A DNA stretch of 64,000 bases from Nannocystales bacterium (GCA_050633305.1 JBOEGF010000047.1:54514-118513); one strand, 5' to 3'. Counted from the first letter of the stretch, positions 27,488-38,370 are shown. Program-made: numbers and translations. Notes: generated by a model not told the origin, from the letters alone.

Positions 27488-27690
27488 TGTTCGTCCCTTG
27501 CGGTTTGTGGGTAGCTCGCTTGCGCGGTCGAAGAGCCAGTCCCCGAGGCTCTCTTTGCTCGTTCGTCTGAGCCGCCTTTCAGACGGGTTGACGAGGTGGA
27601 GCGGAATGACGTTGTGGGCGAGTCCTTTGGTTCTGCGAGTGGCGAGGGGTCGAAACAACGGGTCACGACCGTGACACCACGGCTGACGGA

Positions 27691-27719
27691 AGAATCCACA
27701 AAAAACTGCCGCCCAGCAA
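27691..27719 (-). promoter_or_regulatory. Putative promoter of paralog 2
   Basis: Minus strand TTGCTG, 17 nt, GATTCT; immediately preceded by TATTAGTTTT. Confidence 0.4.
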
Positions 27720-28028
27720 GCGAAAACTAATAAAAAAATGTGAGAAAGCTACCGAGGGCGACTTCGCGCATCGGAGACAAGATTCCCGAAAAGCCTCATC
27801 ATCATCGACACCTAGGCCAAGCGACGCGCATGCGCCACCTGCGCACCCGGCGCGAACGTCGATACTTTCGTGCGTTTCGAGGATCCTACCGCCCGCCGCT
27901 GTGCGCACATGCGCGCATCGTCAGCAGACCGACACTGAGGTGACGGCCCGGCCCGGGTCGCCCCGGCGCCAAGCCCCCGCGCCCTCTGCGTCGAGCACAC
28001 GGTCCGCCGCTTGCACTCGTTGTTGGGA

Positions 28029-29078
28029 ATGCCTGACGCACCGTGTTGTCCCCTCTGTCAGCAGCCCTCGGGTGAGAGCAACACCCACGCGCGCATCATG
28101 CCTGTAGAGGACATGTCCGTCCGGGTGTGTGAAGCGTGTACGTGTGTGTTTCATGGTGTCCAGGTCCCACGAGTGGAGGACTGCTATCGCGCGCGGGTTT
28201 GGGGAGGACCGCCGCGTGCGGGCTTCACAGAAACCGGCGAAGGGTCGATTCGCCGCTCTCCCCCTGCGGCCCGCGCAGCACGGACTTCCGCCAAGCTGCA
28301 TGCGCTTCGTGCCGCACTCCGGCGTGGTGCAGTGTTGTCCGCCTCCGTCCTCGAGGTGGGATGTCGGGACGGCGAGTTCTCGGCCGCTGCAAGGGATCGC
28401 TTTCGCGGACTCGAACTCGCAGCCTTGGAACCCTGGCTTCCTTGGAGAGACGAGGCCGCGGCGCGGGGGCTCACCGTGACCCCGGCCATCGCCGAGGCCG
28501 TGGACGGGGGCAGCGTCGATATCGTCGCAGAGTTCGATCTACTCGATCACTTCACCGACCCGGTCGCCCACCTCCGAGCGCTCACACAACTCATGAAACC
28601 CATGGGGCACCTCGTCCTGGGCGTGTCCAGCATCGAGACCTGCGCCGGAACGCTGCACCCGCACCGACTACGCCTCGACACCCCGATCGGGTTCACACCA
28701 CGCTCCTTGCGGGCCGCCTGCACTGCCGCGGGGCTCGAAGCGAGGATCTGGGAAGAAGGCCCGACCCTGTTCGCGGTCTGCGAACGCGGGGATGTGAAAC
28801 CAGAAGCCGCCCCACCCGGCGAGGCCGATGCACTGTCGCTCGCGCTCGCAGAGAACGACGGTCGGCTGTTGCTCAAGCGTGCCTTGGCCAAACACGGGGC
28901 CACCGATGCAGCGCTACGAGCCGCGGGCGTGGCTGCGCGAGCCTGCCGCACCCCGGCGTGTTACGTGGCGCTGTGCGAAGACGTTGCGGCGGCGTGCCGG
29001 CGTGACCAACGTAAGGACCTCGCAGCCCAGTGGTCGGCCTACGCACACGAGCGCCCCACCTCACAGAATGTGGCGTGA
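28029..29078 (+). CDS. Class I SAM-dependent methyltransferase with N-terminal CxxC...CxxC zinc ribbon
   Basis: CPLC...CEAC; motif I VLEVGCRDG; LLDHFTDPVAHL. Confidence 0.7.
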   Translation: MPDAPCCPLCQQPSGESNTHARIMPVEDMSVRVCEACTCVFHGVQVPRVEDCYRARVWGGPPRAGFTETGEGSIRRSPPAARAARTSAKLHALRAALRRGAVLSASVLEVGCRDGEFSAAARDRFRGLELAALEPWLPWRDEAAARGLTVTPAIAEAVDGGSVDIVAEFDLLDHFTDPVAHLRALTQLMKPMGHLVLGVSSIETCAGTLHPHRLRLDTPIGFTPRSLRAACTAAGLEARIWEEGPTLFAVCERGDVKPEAAPPGEADALSLALAENDGRLLLKRALAKHGATDAALRAAGVAARACRTPACYVALCEDVAAACRRDQRKDLAAQWSAYAHERPTSQNVA

Positions 29079-30428
29079 GAGGTCCTGATCTTCGAGCAGA
29101 TCGCCGACCCGCTTGGCGACGTAGTCGGCAGTGATCCGGACCTCCTGCGCTCCCACTTCGCTCGCCTCGAAGCTCAACTCCTCGAGAACACGTTCCAGCA
29201 CCGTGTGCAGACGTCGGGCCCCGATGTTCTCCAGCGTCGCGTTGGCTTTCCACGCGATGTCGGCGACCGACTCGATCGCGCCATCGTCGAAGACCAACTG
29301 CACGTTTTCGGTCTCCAACAGGGCTGCGTACTGTTTGAGCAACGAGTTCTCGGGTTCCCGCAGGATGCGAACGAAATCGTCCGCACGGAGGGACTCCAGC
29401 TCCACGCGGATCGGAAAGCGTCCTTGCAGCTCGGGAATGAGGTCGCTGACCTTGGAGAGGTGAAAAGCCCCGGCCGCGATAAACAGAACGTGGTCCGTCC
29501 GGACCGGTCCGTAGCGTGTCGAGACGGTCGACCCCTCGACCAGCGGTAGCAGGTCCCGTTGCACGCCCTCGCGAGAGATGTCCCCACTCCCGACCTTTTC
29601 GCGGCCACAGATCTTGTCGATCTCATCGAGGAACACGACCCCCAGCTGCTCGGTGCGAGAGACCGCTTCCTTCGAGACCGCGTCTCGGTCGACGAGCGAT
29701 GCAGCCTCCTCATCGGCGAGGAGGTCCAGCGCGACCTTGACCGTCACAGTTCGCTTCTGCGATTTCTTTCCGAACTGGCCGAACAGGTCCTTGAGCTGTT
29801 GCATCTGCCCCCCCATGTCCATGCCAGGACCTCCGCCCATCATCGGCGGCGGCGTCGCTCCACGCTCGGTCACCTCGACTTCGACCTCGCGCTCATCCAG
29901 CTTGCCTTGGGTCAGCAAGTCACGAAGCTTCTCTCGGGTGGCGCTGCTCGCCTTGGGAGGCTCTCCAGGTCGATCCGTGTAGGTGCGCGCCGCGTCTTGA
30001 GCAGGCGGAAGCAACAGGTCGAGAACGCGTTCCTCGGCCGCGCTCTTGGCCTTCCCCTGGACCGAGCGTTCCATCTCGGCTTGTACGATCTGCACGGCGG
30101 ACTCCACGAGGTCGCGGACGACCGAGTCAACGTCTCTGCCCACGTACCCCACCTCGGTGAACTTGCTGACCTCAACCTTGACGAACGGCGCCCCCGTCAA
30201 CCGGGCGAGCCTCCGCGCAATCTCGGTTTTTCCGACGCCGGTCGGGCCGACCATGATGATGTTCTTCGGCGAGATTTCATCCCGCATCGGATCGGGGACC
30301 ATCTGCCGTCGCCACCGGTTGCGCATCGCGATCGCAACCGCACGCTTGGCCGCATGCTGTCCGATGATGAATCGGTCGAGTTCCTCGACCACCCGGCGTG
30401 GGGTGAAAGCCTTGGCTTCGGTGTTCAT
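29061..30428 (-). CDS. hslU: ATP-dependent protease ATPase subunit HslU
   Basis: [40 protein letters not shown] and ENIGARRL motifs; C-terminus LSRHIL. Confidence 0.97.
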   Translation of the reverse strand: MNTEAKAFTPRRVVEELDRFIIGQHAAKRAVAIAMRNRWRRQMVPDPMRDEISPKNIIMVGPTGVGKTEIARRLARLTGAPFVKVEVSKFTEVGYVGRDVDSVVRDLVESAVQIVQAEMERSVQGKAKSAAEERVLDLLLPPAQDAARTYTDRPGEPPKASSATREKLRDLLTQGKLDEREVEVEVTERGATPPPMMGGGPGMDMGGQMQQLKDLFGQFGKKSQKRTVTVKVALDLLADEEAASLVDRDAVSKEAVSRTEQLGVVFLDEIDKICGREKVGSGDISREGVQRDLLPLVEGSTVSTRYGPVRTDHVLFIAAGAFHLSKVSDLIPELQGRFPIRVELESLRADDFVRILREPENSLLKQYAALLETENVQLVFDDGAIESVADIAWKANATLENIGARRLHTVLERVLEELSFEASEVGAQEVRITADYVAKRVGDLLEDQDLSRHIL

Positions 30429-30991
30429 TTCGATTCTCCTTCGCCCAGTGTGAGCACCGTGTGCTCGAGATTGGTGAAGACACAGATCTCGCCAGCGACA
30501 CGCAGCGACTCCGAGACCACCTCCGCCGCACTCATGTCGGTGTGACGCACGAGCGCCCGGGCGGCGGCGAGGGCGAAGTTTCCGCCCGAACCGATCGCCA
30601 GGACCCCGTCATCGGGCTCGATGACATCGCCGGTCCCGGAGAGCAGCAACGAACGCTCTGCATCGCAGACGATCATCAGCGCTTCGAGCTGGCGGTACCG
30701 CCGCTCCATCCGCCAGTCCTTCGCCAACTCCACGCACGCGCGGGTGAAGTTTCCGCCCACCTTCTCGAGCTTGCCCTCGAGCAGCTCGAACAGGGTCAAG
30801 CCATCCGCCGCCGAGCCCGCGAAGCCCCCGAGGATGCGACCTTGCGCGAGTGTACGGAGCTTGCGCGCACGACCCTTCATGATCGTGTTTCCCATCGAAA
30901 CCTGGCCGTCTGCTCCGAGGGCGACCGAGTCGCCGCGACGTACGCACAGGACGGTTGTGGACCGAATCTCAGGACGTGCAGGGTCCGTCAT
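30425..30991 (-). CDS. hslV: ATP-dependent protease peptidase subunit HslV
   Basis: STTVLCVRR (catalytic Thr), GFAGSAAD and AIGSGGNFA motifs; start ATG 30991. Confidence 0.95.
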   Translation of the reverse strand: MTDPARPEIRSTTVLCVRRGDSVALGADGQVSMGNTIMKGRARKLRTLAQGRILGGFAGSAADGLTLFELLEGKLEKVGGNFTRACVELAKDWRMERRYRQLEALMIVCDAERSLLLSGTGDVIEPDDGVLAIGSGGNFALAAARALVRHTDMSAAEVVSESLRVAGEICVFTNLEHTVLTLGEGESK

Positions 30992-31052
30992 GCCGGGAGT
31001 ATACGGCGCACCAGCCAAAAACCGACCGCGACAACGCCATCCAACGGTCCGC

Positions 31053-31081
31053 TTGACCGCATTCGTCCCGCCGACGACTCT
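31053..31081 (+). promoter_or_regulatory. Putative sigma70-type leaderless promoter of purN
   Basis: TTGACC, 17 nt, GACTCT, then 6 nt to GTG 31088. Confidence 0.5.
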
Positions 31082-31087
31082 TCGGCC

Positions 31088-31663
31088 GTGCTTCGCCTCA
31101 GCGCCTTCGCTTCCGGACGAGGATCCAACGTCGCGGCCCTGCACCGGGCGACGCAACGCGGCGAGCTGAACGCGGAGCTCGCCTTGGTGGTCTCGAACAA
31201 CTCCGGCGCCAAGGTCTTGGCGTACGCGCGCGAACACGGCATCCCCGCGCTCCACATCAGTAGCAAGACCCACCCCCATGAGGGAGATGCGCTGCTCGAG
31301 GCGCTGGCGTCCGCGCGTACCGACGTCCTTGTCCTCGCCGGCTACATGAAGAAGCTCGCGCCCGAGGTCGTGGCGGCCTACGAGGGCCGGGCCGTGAACA
31401 TCCACCCCGGCCCCCTCCCCGAGTTCGGTGGGCGCGGCATGTTCGGACAGCACGTCCACGCCGCGGTGCTCACTGCCGGGCGGGCGGAGTCCGGGCCCAC
31501 GGTCCACCGCGTCACCGCGGAGTACGACGAAGGCGCGACGCTGGGTTTTCGGCCGGTGCCTGTGCTCCCCGACGACACGCCCGAGACCCTCGGTGCCCGA
31601 GTCCTCGTTGCAGAGCACGACCTCTATTGGCGCGTCATCGCGGACACATTCGCGCGCCCCTAG
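31088..31663 (+). CDS. purN: Phosphoribosylglycinamide formyltransferase
   Basis: [21 protein letters not shown] and [12 protein letters not shown] motifs. Confidence 0.93.
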   Translation: MLRLSAFASGRGSNVAALHRATQRGELNAELALVVSNNSGAKVLAYAREHGIPALHISSKTHPHEGDALLEALASARTDVLVLAGYMKKLAPEVVAAYEGRAVNIHPGPLPEFGGRGMFGQHVHAAVLTAGRAESGPTVHRVTAEYDEGATLGFRPVPVLPDDTPETLGARVLVAEHDLYWRVIADTFARP

Positions 31664-31969
31664 CGTGCTCGTGCCGGACTCGCCGCGCGGGCCTCACGGC
31701 GGATCAGCGCTCGGTCCGTCGCGCCGCGATGGCGACCTCGGGAAGCTTCGAGACCCGCACGCGCGCCCCAGCCCGCTCGGTCATCGCGACGAGCCTCGCT
31801 TCCCTCAGGGCGTGAGGCTGCGGTAGGAGACGCATCTTCGAGCCCATCCACAACGCCCCGCGCAAGACCGCCCCCGAACGGTCGCCCGCCGGGGATGATA
31901 CGCAGCCCCACCGCCGGTCCAAGCACAGGACGCAGCGGTGCAGCAGCGAACCGCGGATGTCGAAACGGG

Positions 31970-34900
31970 TCAGGCCTTCTCGATGGTCGTCAGCGGCGGC
32001 AGAACACGACGGAGCCAGTCATCGAGCATCACCAGGCCCGAGATCGTCACCCCGGTATCGACCTCTTCGCGAACCCGCTGGTTGAAGTCGCCGAGTCCAT
32101 ACTTCTCGACCATGCCCGCGACGTCGTCACCGTCGACCAGACGCACGAGTTTGTGCAGGTGGAAGTTGAGCTGTCGACGGAGCGCGTTGACGGCGGGTCC
32201 GTCCCAAGGCGTGGCGATCTCCATGTGATCGATGGCCTGGTTGAGATACAGGAAGCCCATCACGTCGGTGACCTTCAGCCGCAACGCGAGCCACTCCTCA
32301 GGGGTGCGCCCCAAAAGCATCGCGAGCCGAACCGCATCGAGCACGGGCGTCAGGTACCGCAACCGAACCAGACGGTGCGCGAGGGACTTCGGCACCCCTG
32401 CCTCGACGAGCCGGGCCGTTCGTCCCTTGGTGCGACGCTTGGAGCCCGTCGGCAGGACGTCGTCGACGTGGGACAACAGCGCGAACGTCTTTTTCGCGGC
32501 GTCGTCGTTCATCGCCGGAAGCGGCATCTGATCGAGCAAGTAGTACGTCGCATCTTCGAGCCACGTCTGGGCCAGCGTCATGCACCGGTACACCGCGGTC
32601 TGCGTCTTCGACGTCTCGGTCGCGTACAGCTCGGTGCACAACTCGTCCCACTCGCATGCCGCCGCCGCGTGCATGTACGAAAGCGCGATGTCGCGGGTCG
32701 AGCTCCCGGTCGCCAGTGCGACCTCGCCGAGCATGCTCCCGCCCGCGTTGTCCACGATGTTGTTGACCAGCATCGTGGTCCCGATCTCGCGCCGCAGGAG
32801 GTGGTTCTCGACCGCATCCGTCCCGGCGAGTTCGAGTACGCGCTGCGGGAAGTAGTCCCGCACCATCCGGCGCACGAGTCCATCGGGGAGCGGTTCATCC
32901 TCGAGGAGCTCCCGGTACGCCAGCATCTTTGCGTGTGCGCACAGAACCGCGGCCTCGTGTTTGATCAGCCCTTGGCCGCGGCGTGAGCGGCTCTGCAGTT
33001 CCTCATCCCCGGGCATCGCGAACATGTCTGGGTTGAACGGGACGGCGTCGGCGAGGAATCGCAACGCACGCGAGTAGCGGAACACATCTTTGCGGCTGCG
33101 CTCGACATCGAAGGAGACCATTCGGCTCTGAGAACGGTTGTTCTCCAACACCATCTCCACGACCTCGTCCTCGCAGTCCTCCAGCAAGGTGTTCCGCGCA
33201 TCCCGGGAGACGTCGCCGGACTTCAGAAGCGGCGCGAACAGAATCTTGATGTTCACCTCGTGGTCGGAGGTGTCGACGCCGCCGGAGTTGTCGAGGAAGG
33301 CGTTGTAGTTCTGGCCACCACGCTTCGCGAACTCGACCCGGCCCCGGTCTGTGATCGCCAGGTTGGCGCCCTCTCCGAGCACCCGACACTGCAGTTCGTT
33401 GGCGTTGACTCGGACCGAGTCGTTGGCTTTGTCCCCGGCCTCGACTTGGCTCTCGTCCTTGGCCTTGGCGTACGTCCCGATACCGCCCATCCACAGCAGG
33501 TCCACCTCGAGCTTCAGGATTGCGCTGATGGCTTTGTCGCCGTTGACGACCTCGTCGGGACCGAACCCGAGCAGTTCTCGGGCCTCCGGGCTCAGGTCGA
33601 GTTCTTTCGCCTTGCGCAGGAAGACGCCCCCGCCCTTGGAGAGCAGCGCTTTGCTGTAGTCCTCCCAGCTGGACCGCCCCATCTCGAACAGACGAAGCCG
33701 CTCTTCGTAGCTCTTCGCGGGATCGGGATCCGGGTCGATGAAGACGTGCATGTGGTTGAAGGCACCGACGAGTTTGATCGTCTTGCTACGAAGCAAGCCG
33801 TTGCCAAACACATCCCCACTCATGTCCCCCACCCCCACCGCGGTGATGACGTCCGCTTCGGGGTCGATGCCAAGCTCACGGAAGCTCCGCTTCGAGACCT
33901 CCCACGCGCCGCGGGCGGTGATCCCGGTCTTCTTGTGGTCGTACCCATTGGATCCGCCCGAGGCGAACGCATCGTCCAGCCAAAAGCCCTGGTCGGCACT
34001 GATTGCGTTCGCGGTGTCGGAGAGGTGGGCCGTGCCTTTGTCGGCCGCCACCACGAGGTACGGATCCTCGCCTTCGAGGAACGGGATGATGCCCTCGGGG
34101 TGTTTGGCGACGCCATCGACGACGTTGTCGGTCACCGACAGCAGCGCCCCGATGAAGCGCTTGTAGAACGCATCGCCCGCAGCCCGAAGTGCGTCGCGCC
34201 CTGCGGGTGGGTTGCGCAGGACGAACCCGCCCTTGGCCCCCATGGGCACGATCAGGACGTTCTTGACCATCTGTGTGGCCATCAGGCCGTGAATCTCGGT
34301 CCGGAAGTCCTCGGGACGGTCGCTGAACCGCAGACCACCACGCGCCACCCGGCCACCGCGGAGGTGCACGCCCTCGAAGTCGGGGTGATAGACCCAGATC
34401 TCGCGGAACGGCTTGGGGTCACGACCGAAGCTGAGGGTTTCGGCAGCGATCTTGAACGCGAGCGCTTTGCCCTGCTCAGCAACCCACGCGTTGGTCCGGC
34501 GAACCGCTCGCACCACCTCGGCAACGTTCGCGAGCACTCGGTCCGCGGTGTAGTCGGTGACTTGCCGAAGCTCGGCCGACAGCGCGGACTCGGAGGCGTC
34601 GCGGGTGTCGGTCGACTGCGCGCGGGGATCGAAGCGTGCGGCGAGCCATCCGACGAGCGCTTGCGCGACCGAAGGGTGATCGACCAACACCTGCCGGATC
34701 ACGTCCGGACCGAACGGGACCTGCAGCTGGTGCAGGTAGGCCACGAAGGCGCGAAGGATCTCGACATCGCGAGCGCCCAGGTCGCTGACCACCACCAAGC
34801 GGTTGAGGTCGTCGTCTCCAGCACGCCCTGCGAACACGTCGCGAAGCGCGGAGACGATGTTGTGCCGCCGCCCCATGATCTGGCCGATCCGGTCGGGCCG

Positions 34901-36703
34901 AATGTCGAACCGGAAGTTGTCCATGTCGATCGTCGGCAGCCGAGCGATGTTGATGTCGCGGCTGTATTCGTCGACGACCTCGAAGCCAAAGTTGGTGATG
35001 ACCGGAAGCTCGCGGCTGAGATTGAGAGCTTCACGCGAGAAGATCCGCAGGTTCAGGCTGCCGGGGTGTTCCCCGAACTCAGAGCTGTACAGGTCGCAGT
35101 CGATGTCGAGGTCGCCCGAGCGCAGACGCTCGAGGCAGCGGATGTCGCCTTCGATGCGCCGCACGCTGCAACGCCGCTTGTGCTCGTCGTTGAACGCATC
35201 GGTGTACGTGTCGATGAGCTCATCCTTGCGAGTCTCGTCGACCGCGTCCGCCGCTTCGCCCAGCCGGTCGCTCCACGAACGCGCGTGCGCGAGGATCTTG
35301 ATCCGCAGCTCCTCCGTGTCCACCTCGCGCAGCGCACCCACGCCGGTGACGTAGTAGTGGATGACCGCGTTGTCGTACCGGTCGATGTAGACGCCGTAGT
35401 CGGCGTACGTCCCCGTGAGGTCCTCGAGCAGGATCGACTGGACCTCGCGACGGAGTTCTTCGCTGAACTGCCAACGGGGTAGCGCGACGACCACAAACGC
35501 AAACCGAGCCTGATCACCGATGCGGATGTGAACATCGGAGCCCCCTTCGGCCTCGGCCCGCAGGATCTGGTCGGTGAGCTCCCAGATGCTCTCCCGGTCC
35601 TGCATCAGCAGGTACTCCAGCGGCAGCGAGTTGAACGCGTTCGTGATGTTCTTCCCGCGGTTGCTGTGCTCGGAGACCTTTCCGTCGGTCAGCAAGTCTT
35701 GCAACGAACGGCGGATCACGGGGATCTGCTCGGGCGGGGTATGCAGCGCTTTGTAGGTGAAGAGGCCGTCGATGATGATGCAGCCCCCCGGCGTACCGTC
35801 CTCGGCGAACGTCGTCACGAGGAAGTGGCCGAGCTTGCCAGCACGGTGCACCGGCGACTCGACGCCAGATCGCAGGTAGCGGACGTGTCGCCCCTCCCCT
35901 TTGGCCGCGGCCGCGACGAGTTCGGCGTCCCGCTCCGGCTGGTGGATGCGGCTGGTTCCCAGGGCCACGGCGCGGTTGCCCTTGGCGTCGTACTCCTCGA
36001 CCGCGAGCAACACGAAGCTCTCCTCGCACAGCCAGCGGAGCAGTTCTTCGGCTTCTCGCAGGGACGTCGAGACCTCACCACGCTCGGCCGAGGCCGCGGC
36101 GAAGTAGCCGTCGGCGACGGACGCGATGCGTTCCCCCATCGCGCCGAAATCCTCGACCATCGCTTGGGCCAACCGCAGCCGCTTCTCGATGCGCTCGACC
36201 ACGCCAGCAGGAATCGCGGAACCGGCTTCGTTCCCAGCCGACGCGCGCATGCTGACCTCGGCCCGCATGAGGGACTCGGCCTGGCCTGCACCGATCGAGA
36301 GCATTCGTCCGGCGGGGTCACGGCGGACGCGAATGATCGCGTTGAGGAAGCTCTTGATCTCGTACTGCTCGTTGGCCAATGCCGCGCGAAGGGTCGACAC
36401 CAAGAACGGCTGGTCGTCGAGACACGACTCGACGACAAGCAGGTCGCGCTCGACGTCATGACGAATCTCGACTTTGATCTCCGCACGCTTGCGGTCTCGC
36501 ATCAAGGCGAGCATGTCCTCGAGTTCCACGACCAGCGTGTCGGGCGAGACCCGCTTGAGGTCGCGAACGTCGACCGAGGCGAGCACGTCTCTGGCCAAAG
36601 AGGCGAGTTGTTCCCGGTCGGTGTTCTCGCGGCGCGGCGAGAATGCAGACACGGCTTTTTGAACTTCGAGGATGAGCCGACTCGTCAGCTGGCGGGCAGA
36701 CAT
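31970..36703 (-). CDS. gdhB: Large NAD-specific glutamate dehydrogenase
   Basis: EGVHLRGGRVARGGLRFSDR, DPYLVVAADKGTA, GVGDMSGDVFGNG and DNSGGVDTSDHEVNIKI motifs; start set at ATG 36703. Confidence 0.93.
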   Translation of the reverse strand: MSARQLTSRLILEVQKAVSAFSPRRENTDREQLASLARDVLASVDVRDLKRVSPDTLVVELEDMLALMRDRKRAEIKVEIRHDVERDLLVVESCLDDQPFLVSTLRAALANEQYEIKSFLNAIIRVRRDPAGRMLSIGAGQAESLMRAEVSMRASAGNEAGSAIPAGVVERIEKRLRLAQAMVEDFGAMGERIASVADGYFAAASAERGEVSTSLREAEELLRWLCEESFVLLAVEEYDAKGNRAVALGTSRIHQPERDAELVAAAAKGEGRHVRYLRSGVESPVHRAGKLGHFLVTTFAEDGTPGGCIIIDGLFTYKALHTPPEQIPVIRRSLQDLLTDGKVSEHSNRGKNITNAFNSLPLEYLLMQDRESIWELTDQILRAEAEGGSDVHIRIGDQARFAFVVVALPRWQFSEELRREVQSILLEDLTGTYADYGVYIDRYDNAVIHYYVTGVGALREVDTEELRIKILAHARSWSDRLGEAADAVDETRKDELIDTYTDAFNDEHKRRCSVRRIEGDIRCLERLRSGDLDIDCDLYSSEFGEHPGSLNLRIFSREALNLSRELPVITNFGFEVVDEYSRDINIARLPTIDMDNFRFDIRPDRIGQIMGRRHNIVSALRDVFAGRAGDDDLNRLVVVSDLGARDVEILRAFVAYLHQLQVPFGPDVIRQVLVDHPSVAQALVGWLAARFDPRAQSTDTRDASESALSAELRQVTDYTADRVLANVAEVVRAVRRTNAWVAEQGKALAFKIAAETLSFGRDPKPFREIWVYHPDFEGVHLRGGRVARGGLRFSDRPEDFRTEIHGLMATQMVKNVLIVPMGAKGGFVLRNPPAGRDALRAAGDAFYKRFIGALLSVTDNVVDGVAKHPEGIIPFLEGEDPYLVVAADKGTAHLSDTANAISADQGFWLDDAFASGGSNGYDHKKTGITARGAWEVSKRSFRELGIDPEADVITAVGVGDMSGDVFGNGLLRSKTIKLVGAFNHMHVFIDPDPDPAKSYEERLRLFEMGRSSWEDYSKALLSKGGGVFLRKAKELDLSPEARELLGFGPDEVVNGDKAISAILKLEVDLLWMGGIGTYAKAKDESQVEAGDKANDSVRVNANELQCRVLGEGANLAITDRGRVEFAKRGGQNYNAFLDNSGGVDTSDHEVNIKILFAPLLKSGDVSRDARNTLLEDCEDEVVEMVLENNRSQSRMVSFDVERSRKDVFRYSRALRFLADAVPFNPDMFAMPGDEELQSRSRRGQGLIKHEAAVLCAHAKMLAYRELLEDEPLPDGLVRRMVRDYFPQRVLELAGTDAVENHLLRREIGTTMLVNNIVDNAGGSMLGEVALATGSSTRDIALSYMHAAAACEWDELCTELYATETSKTQTAVYRCMTLAQTWLEDATYYLLDQMPLPAMNDDAAKKTFALLSHVDDVLPTGSKRRTKGRTARLVEAGVPKSLAHRLVRLRYLTPVLDAVRLAMLLGRTPEEWLALRLKVTDVMGFLYLNQAIDHMEIATPWDGPAVNALRRQLNFHLHKLVRLVDGDDVAGMVEKYGLGDFNQRVREEVDTGVTISGLVMLDDWLRRVLPPLTTIEKA

Positions 36704-36801
36704 GCACCGGGAGCGTCCCGCAGCAGGGTGCTCCACGCAAGCCGGAGCGCCTGTGAGACTGACCGCGCGCAAACCGTTGCGCGCCCCCTGCGGGCCCCCT
36801 C

Positions 36802-36918
36802 TCAGGCGAGCGATAGCACGGCGATTGCACCGAGCAGCGCGGCGCCCAGCGGCCCCGCCAACGGGAGCACGAAGCGAGGCGTATCGCGCAGCACGTAGGG
36901 CGAGTCGTCGAGCGTCAT
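36802..36918 (-). CDS. Candidate 38-aa small membrane protein (not in the ORF track)
   Basis: MTLDDSPYVLRDTPRFVLPLAGPLGAALLGAIAVLSLA*; 32 of 37 non-start codons end in G/C; C-terminal hydrophobic helix. Confidence 0.45.
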   Translation of the reverse strand: MTLDDSPYVLRDTPRFVLPLAGPLGAALLGAIAVLSLA

Positions 36919-37005
36919 ACGGCAGCCATCGTCGCCGATGCGCCCGCACCGTAGCTCGGGTATGGGCCGCAGCGTCCCACGATGGCAGTGCTACTCTGCG
37001 CGCCG

Positions 37006-38370
37006 ATGCGTGTGTCTTCGGCCCGCTCTGGCGCTGCCTGTGGTGACCAACCCCGACCCAGCGCGGATGCTTGTGCGCAGCGGCGCGCCCGAGTCGCGTC
37101 GATGCTGGGGCCGGACGAGGCGCTGATCCTCTCTGGCGGGGCCGTCCACACCCGCTCCAACGACACCGAGTTCCGGTTCCGGCCGGACTCGGACTTCTAC
37201 TATCTGACCGGCATGGCCGATCCCGGCGCCGTCCTGGTGCTGCGTCCAGGACATGAACCGGAGTTCACCATGTTCGTCCGACCCAAGGACGCCGACGCCG
37301 AGGTCTGGTCCGGCCGCCGCGTGGGCCCCGAACTGGCCTCCGAACGATTTGGCGCAGACGCGGCCTTCGCTCAACCGGAGCTGGCGAGCGAGCTTCCCGC
37401 GCTTCTCGACGGCGTCCGGCGCGTCCACCTCCCCCTCGAAGATGCCGCCCTTCAACGCCGCGTGCTCAAGGCTCGTACCGTGCTCCAGCGCCGAAACCGG
37501 ACGGGTGCGATGCCGCCCGAAGGCTTCACCGACGCCCGCGTCACCGTGGGTGAGGACCGGATCCGCAAGGATACGGCGAGCCTCGCCTCCCTACGCCGCG
37601 CGATCGACATCACCGTCGCCGGGCACGAGGCAGCGCAGCGCAGCGTGCGGCCCGGCATGCACGAGTTCGAGGTCGAAGCTCGGATCGAGTACGAGTTTCG
37701 GCGCCGCGGTGCCTCCGGGCCCGGCTACGGCAGCATCGTCGGCTCGGGCGCGAACGCGACCATCCTTCACTACGTCGACAACGACGGCCCGCTGTCCGAC
37801 GGTGAGCTCCTGCTGATCGACGCAGGCGCCGAGTTCGACCTCCACAGCGGCGACCTCACCCGAACCTTCCCCGTGGGCGGAACGTTCAGCCCAGCCCAAC
37901 GGGACCTGTACGCCGTGTGCCTCGAAGCCAACATGGCGGGCATCGCGGGAACCCGGGTCGGGCAGACCATCGAGACCATCCACAAGACGTGTCTGCGCGT
38001 CCTGTGCCAGGGCTTGATCGACCTCAAACTGTGTGAGGGACCCGTAGACGCTCTGCTCGAGTCCGAGGACTACAAGCGCTACTACATGCACCGCACCAGC
38101 CACTGGCTGGGGGTCGACGTCCACGATGCGGGGTACTACTCCGTCGAGGGAACGCCCCGCCCGCTTCAGCCAGGCTACGTGTTGACCGTTGAGCCGGGGT
38201 TGTACGTGTCCGCCGACGACGACCGGGCACCGCAAGAATTGCGCGGCACCGGGATCCGCATCGAGGACGATGTGCTGGTCACCGACGGCGATCCCGAGGT
38301 TCTGACCGCGGCATCCCCCAAGACCCCCGAGGCGATCGAAGCTCTCATGGCTCGCGGTCCGGCAGACTGA
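37006..38370 (+). CDS. pepP: Xaa-Pro aminopeptidase (aminopeptidase P)
   Basis: FRPDSDFYYLTG, LIDAGAE, DLTRTFP, HWLGVDVHD, TVEPGLY and GIRIEDD motifs; start 36982 or 37006. Confidence 0.92.
   Translation: MRVSSARSGAACGDQPRPSADACAQRRARVASMLGPDEALILSGGAVHTRSNDTEFRFRPDSDFYYLTGMADPGAVLVLRPGHEPEFTMFVRPKDADAEVWSGRRVGPELASERFGADAAFAQPELASELPALLDGVRRVHLPLEDAALQRRVLKARTVLQRRNRTGAMPPEGFTDARVTVGEDRIRKDTASLASLRRAIDITVAGHEAAQRSVRPGMHEFEVEARIEYEFRRRGASGPGYGSIVGSGANATILHYVDNDGPLSDGELLLIDAGAEFDLHSGDLTRTFPVGGTFSPAQRDLYAVCLEANMAGIAGTRVGQTIETIHKTCLRVLCQGLIDLKLCEGPVDALLESEDYKRYYMHRTSHWLGVDVHDAGYYSVEGTPRPLQPGYVLTVEPGLYVSADDDRAPQELRGTGIRIEDDVLVTDGDPEVLTAASPKTPEAIEALMARGPAD

Noticed and set aside
27500..27600. c-di-GMP-I riboswitch
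   Set aside because: GAAA loop and GCAAAG are present, but the P1/P2 consensus is not matched; kept only as a generic structured leader
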